This document shows, one piece after another, positions 38,366 through 48,487 of a stretch of DNA of 64,000 nt. The stretch is taken from assembly GCF_000255295.1 (NCBI RefSeq), contig NC_017030.1:6230328-6294327 (forward strand). Direction: 5' to 3'. The notes beneath the pieces were generated by a model. That model had not been told where the DNA came from. It ran no database searches and worked only from the letters and a program-made list of their open reading frames with translations. The translations under genes were made by a program, and so were the position numbers. The DNA is from Corallococcus coralloides DSM 2259 (GTDB lineage: Bacteria; Myxococcota; Myxococcia; Myxococcales; Myxococcaceae). Position 1 is the first letter of the stretch. The number at the start of each line of letters is the position of its first letter.

Positions 38366-39343
38366 CTAACTCCGCGGCGCGTTCACCTTCACGGCGCCCT
38401 TGCGCCCCGGAGGCGGCGGGGGCAGGGCCTGGGGCGTCTCCAGGGCGGCGGTCCAGACGGGGGCGGCGCCGGCGACGAGGGCCTCCGCCCGCTGGATGAT
38501 GGGCGTGGCCAGGTCCAGGCCCGTCGCGGCCTCCATCTCCAGGAGCGCGGGCGAGCTGTTCACTTCGAAGACCTTGGGGTGCCCCTGGACGTCCAGGATG
38601 TCCACCGCGGCCACCTCCAGGCCCACGAGCCGGGCGACCTTCTCCGCCGTGGCGCGATGGCCGGGGGACAGCGGCAGGGCCTCCAGGCGGGCGCCCCGGT
38701 TCAGCGTGTGCGAGAGGCGCCCGGGGCGCGGCTTGCGCAGCACGCAGGCGATGGCCTCACCGCCCACCACGAGCACGCGCACGTCCTGGCCGGTGCTGCG
38801 CACGTACTCCTGCATGACGAGGTTGTGCCCCAGACCGAGCACCGCCTCGAGCGCGGCCTCCAGCGACTGGAGGCTCTCGCAGACCATCACGCCGTGCTTC
38901 TCCTGGCCCTGGAGGAGCTTCACCAGCACGGGCACCCCACCCACCAGGCCGACCATCTCCTTGAGGTGGGCCGCGTCCCGGGCCATCACCGTGGCGGGGA
39001 TGTCGATGCCGTGGGCGGACAAGAGCTGGAGCGCGCGCATCTTGTTGCGCGACTGCGCGATGGCCTGGGCGTGGTTCACCAGGGGCACGCGCGCCAGACC
39101 GAACTGGTTCACCACCGCGAGCCCGTAGGTGCTGATGGACAGGGCGATGCGCGGGATGACGACGTCGGTGGGCGTGAGCTTCTTGCGGTCGTAGAACAGG
39201 GTCGCCTGGCTGCCCCCGTCCAGATGCATCTGCACCCGGAGCGGGTTGAGCACGCGGACCCGGTGTCCTCTCGCGCGGCCTGCTTCGACGATCCGCCGCG
39301 TGGACGAGATGGAAGCGGAGCGCGAGAGGACAGTGATTTTCAT
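38366..39343 (-). CDS. rimK: RimK-family ATP-grasp alpha-L-glutamate ligase.
   Basis: 325 aa, near-colinear with E. coli RimK (MKI.ILSR...VIPRI...VVKL..G..G.GV...E...NASPGLE). Confidence 0.85.
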   Translation of the reverse strand: MKITVLSRSASISSTRRIVEAGRARGHRVRVLNPLRVQMHLDGGSQATLFYDRKKLTPTDVVIPRIALSISTYGLAVVNQFGLARVPLVNHAQAIAQSRNKMRALQLLSAHGIDIPATVMARDAAHLKEMVGLVGGVPVLVKLLQGQEKHGVMVCESLQSLEAALEAVLGLGHNLVMQEYVRSTGQDVRVLVVGGEAIACVLRKPRPGRLSHTLNRGARLEALPLSPGHRATAEKVARLVGLEVAAVDILDVQGHPKVFEVNSSPALLEMEAATGLDLATPIIQRAEALVAGAAPVWTAALETPQALPPPPPGRKGAVKVNAPRS

Positions 39344-39421
39344 GGCGGAGGCGACCGGCCCGGCGAGGACCCTATAATCCCCGCCTCCGCCCGCGTAAAG
39401 CCGCCTCCGCCTGCCTGCCAG

Positions 39422-40747
39422 CTACAGCTGGCGGATGGCGCGCACTTCGACGCTGACCGGGTCTTCCGGACGCGACGCTTCGAGCTTCGTGCAGGCGCTG
39501 CCCGTGAACCGCACGCCACCGCTCTCCAGCGACCAGGTGTCGGGGCCCGCGAGCGTGCGCTCGCCGTCGATGTAGACGACGATGAGCTTCTCGTCGGAGG
39601 GCAGCTGGCTCTGCTCGAGCGGCGTGAAGCACGGCTCGCCCGGCTGGATCGCCTCGCTGATCGACTTCAGCGCGGACGCCAGCTCTTCGCGGTTGCCCGC
39701 CTGGTAGAAGGAGCGGCCGCAGAAGCCGGTGCTGACGTCGCAGGTGTCACCCTCGCCGCAGTCGATGCTGGCCTTGCACGTGCGCGCGAACCCGCCCGCG
39801 CGAGCCATCTCATTGAGGACGCTGGGGCCGTCACCCGCCGACGTCTCCGCGCCAAAGCCGATGACGATGGTGGAGATCTTGTTCGCCTTCAGCGTCGACA
39901 CCGCGGTCACGGAGGCGTTCTTGTCGAGGCAGCCACGATGGAAGTAGGGGCTGAACTCATTCACGCACAGCGACGGCGTTTCGAGCGTGCAGCGGCACTC
40001 CGCGCTGGTGCCGTCGTACGGGTTGCCTTCGTTGCAGTTGGGGAGACCATCGGTCAGCAGGATGATGATCTGATCGCGATCTTCGGAGTTGGCCCTCAGC
40101 TGCGTGCCTACGAACTCCAGGCTCGCGCTCGTCGGCGTACCGCCCCGGGGCCGGTCAGCGCCGGCATTGGGGATGCCCTGAAGCTTGTCATTGACCAGGC
40201 TCGCGTAGTCCTGGAGCTCCGCGTCTGAATCCAGATCGAACGGAACAGCGGCTCGGACGCTCAGACTGCCAGGGGCGGCGCTGGCAGGCGCGCACAATTC
40301 GGGCACGGTGTTGTTCTGCGGCGGCGGCTTGATGGGAGGAGGCTCGGGGTAGGTCGTCAGGCCGAAACGGACCAGCTTGCCGCTCTCCGCGAGGAACGGG
40401 CCCATGGCGCCCTGGAGCTCCGACCAGCGCGTGGGGCACTTCGAGGTGTCGCAGGGATTGATGTCCTCACACGTGTAGAACTTGCCGTCAGGGCCCTGGA
40501 AGTCACACACGCGCGTGCCGTTGACGACCAGGTCGGCGTTGACCGGCTTCGTCATCGAGGCGGAGATGTCCACGAGGAGCATCACGTCCGGCTTGCTCTT
40601 GCGAGCAGTGATCACCGTCTCCTTCGTCGTCTGGGCGATCGCGAGCGGATCCACCGGCTCGAAGTCATAGGTCTGGCAGCCGGCCATCACGGCAACACCG
40701 AGGGTGCCGGCCAGCAGTGCGCTCAGGGGGGTCAACGTGGCGCGCAT
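39422..40747 (-). CDS. VWA-domain lipoprotein.
   Basis: Start at MRATLTPLSALLAGTLGVAVMAGC (lipobox). MIDAS motif DISASM. Cys-rich. Confidence 0.75.
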   Translation of the reverse strand: MRATLTPLSALLAGTLGVAVMAGCQTYDFEPVDPLAIAQTTKETVITARKSKPDVMLLVDISASMTKPVNADLVVNGTRVCDFQGPDGKFYTCEDINPCDTSKCPTRWSELQGAMGPFLAESGKLVRFGLTTYPEPPPIKPPPQNNTVPELCAPASAAPGSLSVRAAVPFDLDSDAELQDYASLVNDKLQGIPNAGADRPRGGTPTSASLEFVGTQLRANSEDRDQIIILLTDGLPNCNEGNPYDGTSAECRCTLETPSLCVNEFSPYFHRGCLDKNASVTAVSTLKANKISTIVIGFGAETSAGDGPSVLNEMARAGGFARTCKASIDCGEGDTCDVSTGFCGRSFYQAGNREELASALKSISEAIQPGEPCFTPLEQSQLPSDEKLIVVYIDGERTLAGPDTWSLESGGVRFTGSACTKLEASRPEDPVSVEVRAIRQL

Positions 40748-40964
40748 AGGCTTTGAGGGTTTCCTTCCAGGGGGGAACAACGAACTGCGAATGCCCCAGC
40801 GTAACGCGTGGACGCCCACCGAGGCTACAGCGACGCGCGGCAGGCAGGTTCCATTCAGGTAATGCTGCCAAGTTGCAACGACAGGCGATCCCCGAGGGCG
40901 GGTTCGGCTCTCCTGTCGGACATCCGCCTCCTTCCGGAGGGTGAGGCCCGGCTCGGGTGTCCGC

Positions 40965-41357
40965 TCAGAGCGTGAGGACGCGCGCGCCGTCGGTCAGCCT
41001 CCAGATGGAGGCCAGGCCCATGACCTCGTCCAGCGTGCCGTGCAGTTCCTGCGGAGAGAGACCACAGATGCGCACCGTGGTGTCGCAGGCCACGAGCTTC
41101 GCGCCCAGGGCGCGCGCCTCCTCCAGCATCCGGGCAGGTGGAGGGACATTGAGCCCCTCGGCCCGGGCCGCCTCGGTGCGCTCCCGCTCGCTGTGCGCCA
41201 GGCCGAAGCCGCCGCGGACCAGCTGGCGCAGGGCCTCGAAGGCGAAGACGAAGTAGACGTCGTCGCCCATCGCGGCGGCGGTGATGCCCATGGAGGCCGC
41301 CTGATAGGCGGGCTCGTACGTGGCGTGTTGGAGGAAGAAGAAGACGCGTCCGGCCAT
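40965..41357 (-). CDS. DsrE/DsrF-like family protein.
   Basis: 130 aa; MAGRVFFFLQHATYEPAYQAASMGITAAAMGDDVYFVFAFEA... typical DsrE/YchN fold. Confidence 0.65.
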   Translation of the reverse strand: MAGRVFFFLQHATYEPAYQAASMGITAAAMGDDVYFVFAFEALRQLVRGGFGLAHSERERTEAARAEGLNVPPPARMLEEARALGAKLVACDTTVRICGLSPQELHGTLDEVMGLASIWRLTDGARVLTL

Positions 41358-41438
41358 GGTGGGCCGACCTTAGCGTTATCGAGTCCGGACCGGCAGCCGT
41401 CGTATAACGGGGCTCCCCTTCCCCACCGGGAGCCCCGC

Positions 41439-42095
41439 ATGCCGAGCCAGCCGTCCCGCCCCCGCGGTGTTCGTCCCTCGCCGGTTCCGTTCCGTTCCGC
41501 CTCCTCGCGATGGATGGCGCTGGCCGGTCTCGCCTTGCTCGCGGGCGTGGGGCCCGTGTCCGAAGCGGCGCCTGTCCCCACGAAGGGTCCGACCGCGGCA
41601 TCCGTGTCCCCCGCCGCCGTCGTTCCCGGGCCGCTGCGCACGGAGGCCCTGGGATTGCTCTCTCAACCGACCGTGGCGCCCGAGGCAGCGTGGCGCAGGT
41701 TCGGGCCAGAGGTCGTGCCCGTGCTCGCGGCGCTGGCGGAGGACACGAGCGTCCCGGATGCGCAGCGGATGCGGGCCGTGACGGCGCTGGCTCGCGTGGA
41801 GTCGCCCGAGGCGGGACAGACGCTCCAGGCGATGCTGGAGGATCCGCACCGGCCTTTGGATGTCCGCTCCCAGGCCGCGGCGGCGCTGAGCCAGCGGCTG
41901 GGGTTCGAAGCAGTGAAGACGCTGCAGGCCCGGCTGGAGGACCGCGACCTGCGGTTGCGTGAGGCCGTCGCCCAGGCGCTTGGCCGGCTGGGCGGTCAGC
42001 GGGTGCGCGAGGTGCTGGAGGAGCGGCTCCCCCTGGAGGAGGTTCCCCAGGTGCGTGAAGCGCTCCAGCAGGGGCTCACGCTCGCGGAGCCCTGA
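41439..42095 (+). CDS. HEAT-repeat (PBS-lyase-like) protein, probably secreted.
   Basis: Repeated ...VRxxAAxALxxL... units (AVTALARVESPEA, VRSQAAAALSQRLG, LREAVAQALGRLGG). An N-terminal hydrophobic segment MALAGLALLAGVGPVSEA points to an alternative start at 41512. Confidence 0.6.
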   Translation: MPSQPSRPRGVRPSPVPFRSASSRWMALAGLALLAGVGPVSEAAPVPTKGPTAASVSPAAVVPGPLRTEALGLLSQPTVAPEAAWRRFGPEVVPVLAALAEDTSVPDAQRMRAVTALARVESPEAGQTLQAMLEDPHRPLDVRSQAAAALSQRLGFEAVKTLQARLEDRDLRLREAVAQALGRLGGQRVREVLEERLPLEEVPQVREALQQGLTLAEP

Positions 42096-42175
42096 GCCGG
42101 GCATGGCGGGGGCGGCCACCCTGGTGGACTGCTCGGGGCTCGCGTCGGGCGGGACCTTCCGTTAGATGGGAGGCC

Positions 42176-42871
42176 ATGCGCCCCACCGTCCTTCTTTTCG
42201 ATATCGATGGCACCCTCGTCACCACCGGCGGTGCCGGCCGCCGAGCCATGGGCCTGGCCTTCGAGCAGCTTCACCGGCGGCGCGACGCGTGCGACGGCTT
42301 CAGCATGTCCGGCATGACGGACCGGGCCATCGTCCGCAAGGGCCTGGGCATCATCGGTCAGCCCGATACCGAGGACACCATCAGCGCGGTCATCGACGCG
42401 TACGTCGCCCACCTGGGACTGGAGGTTCCCAAGGTCGATGAACGCGAGTACCGGCTGCACCCGGGCATGCGTGAGGCCGTGATGGAGGCTCGCTCGAGGA
42501 AGGGCTTCGCGGTGGGCCTGGGCACCGGCAACGTGCGCGCGGGCGCCAAGGTGAAGCTGGACCGCGTGAACATCCACGACCAGTTCGCCTTCGGTGGGTT
42601 TGGCTGCGACTTCGAGGACCGCGTGGCGCTCATCCGGCACGGCGCCCAGGCCGGAGCGGCGCAGCTGGGTCACCCCCTGGAGGCGTGCCGGGTGGTGATC
42701 ATCGGCGACACGCCGAAGGACGTCGCGGCCGCCAAGGGCATTGGCGCGGAGACGATTGGCGTGGGCACGGGCAACTTCACGCCCCAGGCGCTGCGCGACG
42801 CTGGCGCCGAGTGGGCCTTCGCGGATTTCGCCGCCCCCGGAGCCATGGAGGCCCTGCTCGTCGGACGGTGA
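42176..42871 (+). CDS. HAD-superfamily hydrolase (phosphoglycolate-phosphatase-like).
   Basis: 231 aa with motif I LLFDIDGTLV and C-terminal IIGDTPKDVAAAKGIG. Confidence 0.85.
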   Translation: MRPTVLLFDIDGTLVTTGGAGRRAMGLAFEQLHRRRDACDGFSMSGMTDRAIVRKGLGIIGQPDTEDTISAVIDAYVAHLGLEVPKVDEREYRLHPGMREAVMEARSRKGFAVGLGTGNVRAGAKVKLDRVNIHDQFAFGGFGCDFEDRVALIRHGAQAGAAQLGHPLEACRVVIIGDTPKDVAAAKGIGAETIGVGTGNFTPQALRDAGAEWAFADFAAPGAMEALLVGR

Positions 42872-42913
42872 AGGTGTGGTATCTCCGCCGCCCCTCCGAG
42901 GAGTCGTCCACCC

Positions 42914-44035
42914 ATGTCGTCCACGCTCGAATCCTATGAGCTGATCCGCTTCGCCGAGGCCTTCGAGGCCCGACTCGCCACGGCGGAGGAGATGGTCGTC
43001 GGCAGGCCGGGGTTGGAGGCCGAGAAGCAGTGGCTGGCCTCCGCGCTGGAGCGCCTGCGCGAGGCCCGTGAGCCCGCGGGTGGCCTGCTGGAACAGGTGA
43101 AGGACCTGCCGGAGCTCGACGAGGCCCGCGAGGAGTTCTCGTTCGATCAGCAGGGCCGCTGGGTGGATGCGCTGGAGAAGCTGCACGCCGGCATCACCTT
43201 CACCGCCAGCAGCCGCGCCCCCGTCATCGAGGCCCTCTTTCCCCACCTCAAGTTCCCGCAGCTGCGCCGGGCGCCCGTGGAGCTGGTCAACGAGTACGCC
43301 ACGTCGTACGAGCGGCGGCTCAAGAGCGCCTACGTCACGCGCATCTTCTCCCGCGACGACTTCGCCATGGTCCGCCCCGTCGTGGATCAGGTCGCCGCGA
43401 CGTTCGCCGCGTGGACCGCGAGCCTGTCCCCCACTCCCCTGCCCCCGGATCAGGAGGCGGCCCTGCGCGAGGCGCTGGTGTCCCTGGGACGGCGCCTGGA
43501 CGTGGCGCTGAGGCAGGGGCGGCTGCTCGCCGAGGCCGCGCTCGTTCCCGTACCCGGGGTCTTCGAGGCCGCGGGCCTCACCCTCAAGCCCCGGAAGCGC
43601 GCGGGCAAGTCGCTCGCGCTCTCCGCGGAGGACGGGGCTTCGGACCTCTTCGGTGAAGAGGGTGACTCCGGCCAGGTGGAGGAAGGATTCGAGGGGGCCG
43701 AGGAGGCTTCCGGGGACGACTCGCTGGAGGCGGCTCCCGACGAGTTGGAGGCCGAGGTTCCTCCGGACGAGACCGTGGCGGAGGCTGGCGGCTCCGAGCC
43801 CCAGGCTTCGGACAGTGGCTCCGAGGAGGTCACCGCCGCTTCCGAGCCCGTCGCCCCGGAGGCTCCCGTCGCGGCGCGTCCCGCTCGGCGGGGCCGGCCT
43901 CCGAAGAACGCCGCTCCGGCCGCCGAACCCGCGCAGGCCGATGCTCCTACGGACGCTCCGGCATCTGGTGCTCCGGAGGCCGTGCGCCCCAAGCGACGCA
44001 AGAAGAACGACCCGTCCGAGGCTGGCACGCCTTGA
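42914..44035 (+). CDS. Hypothetical protein with an acidic low-complexity tail and an AT-hook-like RGRP motif.
   Basis: 373 aa. A structured N-terminal 230 aa, then an E/D/S/A-rich region containing ARRGRPPKNAAP and a basic KRRKKND end. Confidence 0.6.
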   Translation: MSSTLESYELIRFAEAFEARLATAEEMVVGRPGLEAEKQWLASALERLREAREPAGGLLEQVKDLPELDEAREEFSFDQQGRWVDALEKLHAGITFTASSRAPVIEALFPHLKFPQLRRAPVELVNEYATSYERRLKSAYVTRIFSRDDFAMVRPVVDQVAATFAAWTASLSPTPLPPDQEAALREALVSLGRRLDVALRQGRLLAEAALVPVPGVFEAAGLTLKPRKRAGKSLALSAEDGASDLFGEEGDSGQVEEGFEGAEEASGDDSLEAAPDELEAEVPPDETVAEAGGSEPQASDSGSEEVTAASEPVAPEAPVAARPARRGRPPKNAAPAAEPAQADAPTDAPASGAPEAVRPKRRKKNDPSEAGTP

Positions 44036-44080
44036 GACCCGACGCGCGGTGAGCCTCCCGCCGTGAAGAGGAACCCGGAC

Positions 44081-46645
44081 ATGGCGGACGTCGCCCTTCC
44101 CATCGATCCCCTCCTGCCCGACATCGTCTCCACGCTCCGGAGCTCGCGGTCGCTCGTGCTGGAGGCGCCTCCTGGCGCGGGCAAGACGACCCGTGTTCCC
44201 CGTGCGCTGCTGGAGGCAGGGCTGGGCGCGGGCAAGGAGATCGTCGTCCTCCAGCCCCGGCGGCTGCCCACCCGGCTCGCCGCGCAGCGCGTGTCCGAGG
44301 AGATTGGCGAGCGCGTGGGCGAGACCGTCGGCTACCAGGTCCGATTCGAGGACGTCCGCGGTCCCAAGACGCGCATGTCCTTCGTCACCGAGGGCGTGCT
44401 CGGACGCCGCCTGCTCACCGACCCCACCCTGCGCGACGTGGGCATCGTCGTGCTCGACGAGTTCCATGAGCGGCACCTGTCCGCGGACATCTCGCTCGCG
44501 CTCCTGCGGCGGCTACAGGAGACGGCCCGCCCGGACCTCAAGCTCGTGGTGATGTCCGCGACCCTGGAGGCCGAGCCCGTCCGCGCGTACCTGGGCGGCG
44601 CCCCTTCCCTGCGCTCCGAGGGCCGCCGCTTCGACGTCAGCGTCGAATACCTTTCCGCCCCGGATGAGCGGCACCTGGATCAACAGGTGCTCTCCGCGCT
44701 CAAGCGCCTGTTCACCCAGGGCGTCGACGGCGACGTGCTCGTGTTCCTTCCCGGGGCCGGGGAGATCCGCCGCGCGCGCGACACCTGCGCGGAGTTCGCC
44801 GAGCGCCACGACGCCGACGTGCTCCCGCTCCATGGCGACCTCTCTCCCGCGGAACAGGACCGCGCCGTGCGCCGCAGCTCGCGCAGGAAGATCATCCTGT
44901 CCACCAACGTCGCGGAGACGTCCGTCACCATCGACGGCGTCGCGGTCGTCATCGACAGCGGGCTTGCTCGCGTGGCGTCCCACTCGCCCTGGTCCGGGCT
45001 GCCGCAGCTCAAGCTGGGCAAGGTGAGCCGGGCCTCCGCCGTCCAGCGCGCCGGCCGCGCGGGCCGCACCCGCGCCGGGCACTGCGTGCGCCTCTACACC
45101 CAGCACGACTTCGACGGCCGGCCTGATCAGGAGGCCCCGGAGATCCGCCGCACCGACCTGGCCGAGACGGTGCTCTCCCTGCGCGCGTCGGGCGTGAAGG
45201 ACGTGACGGCGTTCCCGTTCTTCGAGCCGCCCCCCACCCCTGCCCTGGAGGCCGCGGAGACGCTGCTGCGCCGGCTGGGCGCGGTGGACGCGAAGGGCCA
45301 GGTGACGGACGTGGGCCAGCGGCTCTTGCGCTTCCCCGTCCATCCGCGACAGGCGCGCGTCATCGTCGAGGGCGAGCGCCGGGGCGTGGGCGGGGATGCC
45401 GCCGTGCTCGCGGCCCTCATGGGCGAACGCGACATCCGCCGCGAGGCCCGCGCCAACCTGGGCGGTGGAGGCCGTGCGTCCGCGCTCGTCAGCGGGCCTT
45501 CCGACCTGCTGGAGCTCCTGGAGCGCTTCCGCGAGGCCGGCCGTTCAGGCTTCGCCTCCGGCCGCATGCAGTCGCTGTCTCTGGACACGGGCGCGGTGCA
45601 GTCCGTGGAGCGCGTGCAGAAGCAGCTTCGCCGCGCGGTCCGCGAACAGGGCGCTCGCCCCGGCCGCCCCGAGGACGTGGAGCAGGCGCTGATGCTCAGC
45701 GTGCTCGCGGGCTACCCGGACCGCGTGGCCCGCAGGCGGCGGCCCCGCTCCCCGGAGCTGCTCATGTTCGGCGGCGGCACCACCAGCCTGTCCGAGTTCA
45801 GCGTCGTCCAGGACGCGGAGCTGATGGTCGCCGTGGACGCGGAGGAGCGCCCCGGCCGCGGCGCCGTCGTGCGGCTCGCCAGCACCGTGGAGGCCGAGTG
45901 GCTGCTGGACCTCTACCCGGACGCGCTGGAGGAGGTGGACACCCTCCAGTGGAACGCGGACTCGCGCCGCGTGGAGCGCCTCACCCGGCTGGCCTACGGC
46001 AACCTCGTGCTGGAGGAGACGCGCACGCCCGCGCCACCGTCCGAGGAGGCCGCGCGCGTGCTGGCCGAGGCGGCGCTGGCCGCGGGCCCGGAGCGCTTCG
46101 CGGAACCCGAGGCGCTGGAGCAGTGGCGCACCCGCGTGGCGCTCCTGGGCAAGGCGTTCCCCGAGGCGGGCTTTCCCACCGTGGACGCGGGCTTCATGCG
46201 CGACGCGCTGGCGTCCCTGTGCGTGGGTGCGCGCAGCTTCTCCGACCTGGAGGGCGTGTCACTGCTGGACGCGCTCTACGCGCGGCTCACCTCCGAGCAG
46301 CAGCGGCTGCTGGCGAACCACGCCCCCGAGCGCGTCACCCTGCCTGGCGGGCGCGGCGTGAAGGTGCACTACGAGCCCAACAAGCCACCCTGGGTGGAGT
46401 CACGGCTGCAGGACTTCTTCGGGATGGCGCAGGGGCCCAGCGTGGGCGCGGGCCGCGTGCCGCTGGTGCTGCACCTGCTGGCCCCCAACATGCGCGCCGT
46501 GCAGGTGACAACCGACCTGGCGGGCTTCTGGGAGCGTCACTACCCGGCCATCCGCAAGGAGCTGTGCCGCAAGTACCCCCGGCACTCATGGCCGGAGGAT
46601 CCGCGCCACGCCGAGCCGCCCGCGCCCCGTCCTCCGAGGCGCTGA
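44081..46645 (+). CDS. hrpB: ATP-dependent DEAH-box helicase HrpB.
   Basis: Start at MADVALPIDP (AGAGGA RBS). Motifs PPGAGKTT, DEFHER, SAT, QRAGRAGR; about 854 aa with an HrpB-type C-terminal domain. Confidence 0.9.
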   Translation: MADVALPIDPLLPDIVSTLRSSRSLVLEAPPGAGKTTRVPRALLEAGLGAGKEIVVLQPRRLPTRLAAQRVSEEIGERVGETVGYQVRFEDVRGPKTRMSFVTEGVLGRRLLTDPTLRDVGIVVLDEFHERHLSADISLALLRRLQETARPDLKLVVMSATLEAEPVRAYLGGAPSLRSEGRRFDVSVEYLSAPDERHLDQQVLSALKRLFTQGVDGDVLVFLPGAGEIRRARDTCAEFAERHDADVLPLHGDLSPAEQDRAVRRSSRRKIILSTNVAETSVTIDGVAVVIDSGLARVASHSPWSGLPQLKLGKVSRASAVQRAGRAGRTRAGHCVRLYTQHDFDGRPDQEAPEIRRTDLAETVLSLRASGVKDVTAFPFFEPPPTPALEAAETLLRRLGAVDAKGQVTDVGQRLLRFPVHPRQARVIVEGERRGVGGDAAVLAALMGERDIRREARANLGGGGRASALVSGPSDLLELLERFREAGRSGFASGRMQSLSLDTGAVQSVERVQKQLRRAVREQGARPGRPEDVEQALMLSVLAGYPDRVARRRRPRSPELLMFGGGTTSLSEFSVVQDAELMVAVDAEERPGRGAVVRLASTVEAEWLLDLYPDALEEVDTLQWNADSRRVERLTRLAYGNLVLEETRTPAPPSEEAARVLAEAALAAGPERFAEPEALEQWRTRVALLGKAFPEAGFPTVDAGFMRDALASLCVGARSFSDLEGVSLLDALYARLTSEQQRLLANHAPERVTLPGGRGVKVHYEPNKPPWVESRLQDFFGMAQGPSVGAGRVPLVLHLLAPNMRAVQVTTDLAGFWERHYPAIRKELCRKYPRHSWPEDPRHAEPPAPRPPRR

Positions 46646-46661
46646 AGCGAGCGGCGCGGGA

Positions 46662-47141
46662 CTACAGCCGCTTGTGCATCTCCAGGTGGTCGATGCCGGC
46701 CTCGTCGAACACGGCGCCGACGGGCTGGTAGCCGTGCTTCTTGTAGAAGTCGAGCGCGTAGAGCTGGGCGTGCAGCATGATGCCGTTCACGTTGCGGCGG
46801 CGCGCCTCCTCCTCCAGCGACGTGAGGAGCAGCGAACCCACGCGGGCCTTGCGGTGCGCCTGGAGCACCGCCATGCGGCCAATCTGGCCCCACGTTCCGC
46901 TCTGCCCCGTGGGAGGCTCCGGCAGCTTCACCAGTCGGCCGGTGCCGATGGCGTGGCCGCCCTGGTAGGCGATGACGTGGTAGGCGTGGGCGTCCTCGGC
47001 GTCGCGCTCGATGCCCTCGGGCACGTGCTGCTCCTCGATGAACACCACCTCGCGGATGGCGAGGGCCTGCATGAGCTCCGCCTCGTCCTTGATGTGGGCG
47101 ATGGTGACGGGTGCCGGGGAAGTCTCTGGAGGCGTCGGCAT
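46662..47141 (-). CDS. GNAT-family N-acetyltransferase.
   Basis: Start at MPTPPETSP. Acetyl-CoA-binding motif QLYALDFYKKHGY and GRMAVLQAHRKARVGSLLL. Confidence 0.75.
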   Translation of the reverse strand: MPTPPETSPAPVTIAHIKDEAELMQALAIREVVFIEEQHVPEGIERDAEDAHAYHVIAYQGGHAIGTGRLVKLPEPPTGQSGTWGQIGRMAVLQAHRKARVGSLLLTSLEEEARRRNVNGIMLHAQLYALDFYKKHGYQPVGAVFDEAGIDHLEMHKRL

Positions 47142-47385
47142 GGCTGTGGGCAAGGTACACAAAAGCCCGCGCCGCCAACAGGCGGAAAAAACCACCGCCT
47201 GCCGACCCGGCATGCCTCCCGCGCGGTCGGCCCGTCCCCTGCCCCTGCCCTCGAAAGGGCTTGTCGCGAAAGCCCCGCCGCATCGGGTTATCCGGTTGCA
47301 ATTGCCCTCTCACGTTGGGACCTCCGCCGGGTTCCACTCCGCGCATGGGCGGGTCCGCACGGAGGAGGATCACCCCGGGGAGGGC

Positions 47386-48453
47386 ATGGTAGGGTTCAGG
47401 CCGATGCGTACCCGTGCCCTCTTCGCCCTGTCCGTGGGCCTGCTGTCGACGCCCGCGCTCGCCCAGAAGGAGTTCTTTTTTGGAACGGGAGAGCCGCCCG
47501 TGTTCCGCGAAGCGGACATGGACAAGCGGTTCCTCCGCTCCCGCGTCAATCAGGCCCTGGTCCAGGGGACGAGCGACGCGAACTGCGCGCAGCTCGTGGG
47601 CGCGCTGCTCACCATCGTGGGCGAGTCCGCGCCGTACCTGCACAAGCGTGACGAGAACTTCTACCTGGACCCCGTGCTGATCCAGGCGCTGGGCACGCAG
47701 CTGTCCACGCCGCGCTTCCCCGCCAACATGTACCTGGTGTCGATGATGCGCCGGGTGCTCATCGACAAGCGGCTGCCGCCCGAGTGGATGCAGACGGCGG
47801 TGGCGCTCGCGCCGTACTACCCGCCGTTGGATTTGAGCAAGCTGCGCTTCATCGCGGATGGCGTGAAGCCCGTGGACAGCTTCTTCTTCACGCTGCCCGC
47901 GATGATGGAGCGCTACGACCTGGAGGTCCTCAAGGCCAACACCACCGCGGCCAGCGTGGCGGACGCGAAGTTCCGCGACGACTACCTGGACAAGGAGGTG
48001 GCCTTCGCGGGGCTGGAGTTCATCGACGCGAAGCTGGAGAAGCCCAAGAAGAAGAGCAAGAAGGGCCCTCCGCCGGAGCCCCCCGCGCTGGTGGCCCGGC
48101 TCGTCTACTACCTGCCGGACCCGGGCAATGACGGCCTGCTCACGGGGCTCACCTACGGCAAGCCCAAGGTGCGCCCCGCCATCACCATCACGGCGCGCCT
48201 GAAGGACGACCAGTACACGCCGCTGACGCAGCTGCCGAAGGGCGCGCGCGTGCTGCTTCGCGGCCGCTTCTGGGAGTACCGCAAGCAGCTCAAGGAGCTG
48301 GAGGTGCGCGACGCGTACCTCTTCCAGGACCGCGACTGGGCCCAGAACCCCGCGCTCGCGGATCCCAACGCCGTGGCGTCCTGTCCGCTCGCGTTCAACG
48401 ACCTGACGGGCACCGCGCCCGTGCAGCCGGGCGGCTTCGGCGGCAAGCGCTGA
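47386..48453 (+). CDS. Secreted hypothetical protein.
   Basis: Signal peptide MVGFRPMRTRALFALSVGLLSTPALA; about 355 aa with no recognisable domain. Alternative start at 47404. Confidence 0.6.
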   Translation: MVGFRPMRTRALFALSVGLLSTPALAQKEFFFGTGEPPVFREADMDKRFLRSRVNQALVQGTSDANCAQLVGALLTIVGESAPYLHKRDENFYLDPVLIQALGTQLSTPRFPANMYLVSMMRRVLIDKRLPPEWMQTAVALAPYYPPLDLSKLRFIADGVKPVDSFFFTLPAMMERYDLEVLKANTTAASVADAKFRDDYLDKEVAFAGLEFIDAKLEKPKKKSKKGPPPEPPALVARLVYYLPDPGNDGLLTGLTYGKPKVRPAITITARLKDDQYTPLTQLPKGARVLLRGRFWEYRKQLKELEVRDAYLFQDRDWAQNPALADPNAVASCPLAFNDLTGTAPVQPGGFGGKR

Positions 48454-48487
48454 AACGCGCCGTCCCGCGTTCCGCACGCCCATCCCG

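Noticed and set aside
40748-40964. Sigma54-like TGCCAAGTTGCA motif and a 63-aa plus-strand ORF (40753..40944) in the VWA/DsrE intergenic region.
   Set aside because: The motif lacks the GG dinucleotide at -24. The small ORF is Gly/Arg/Pro-rich with no RBS and is probably spurious.
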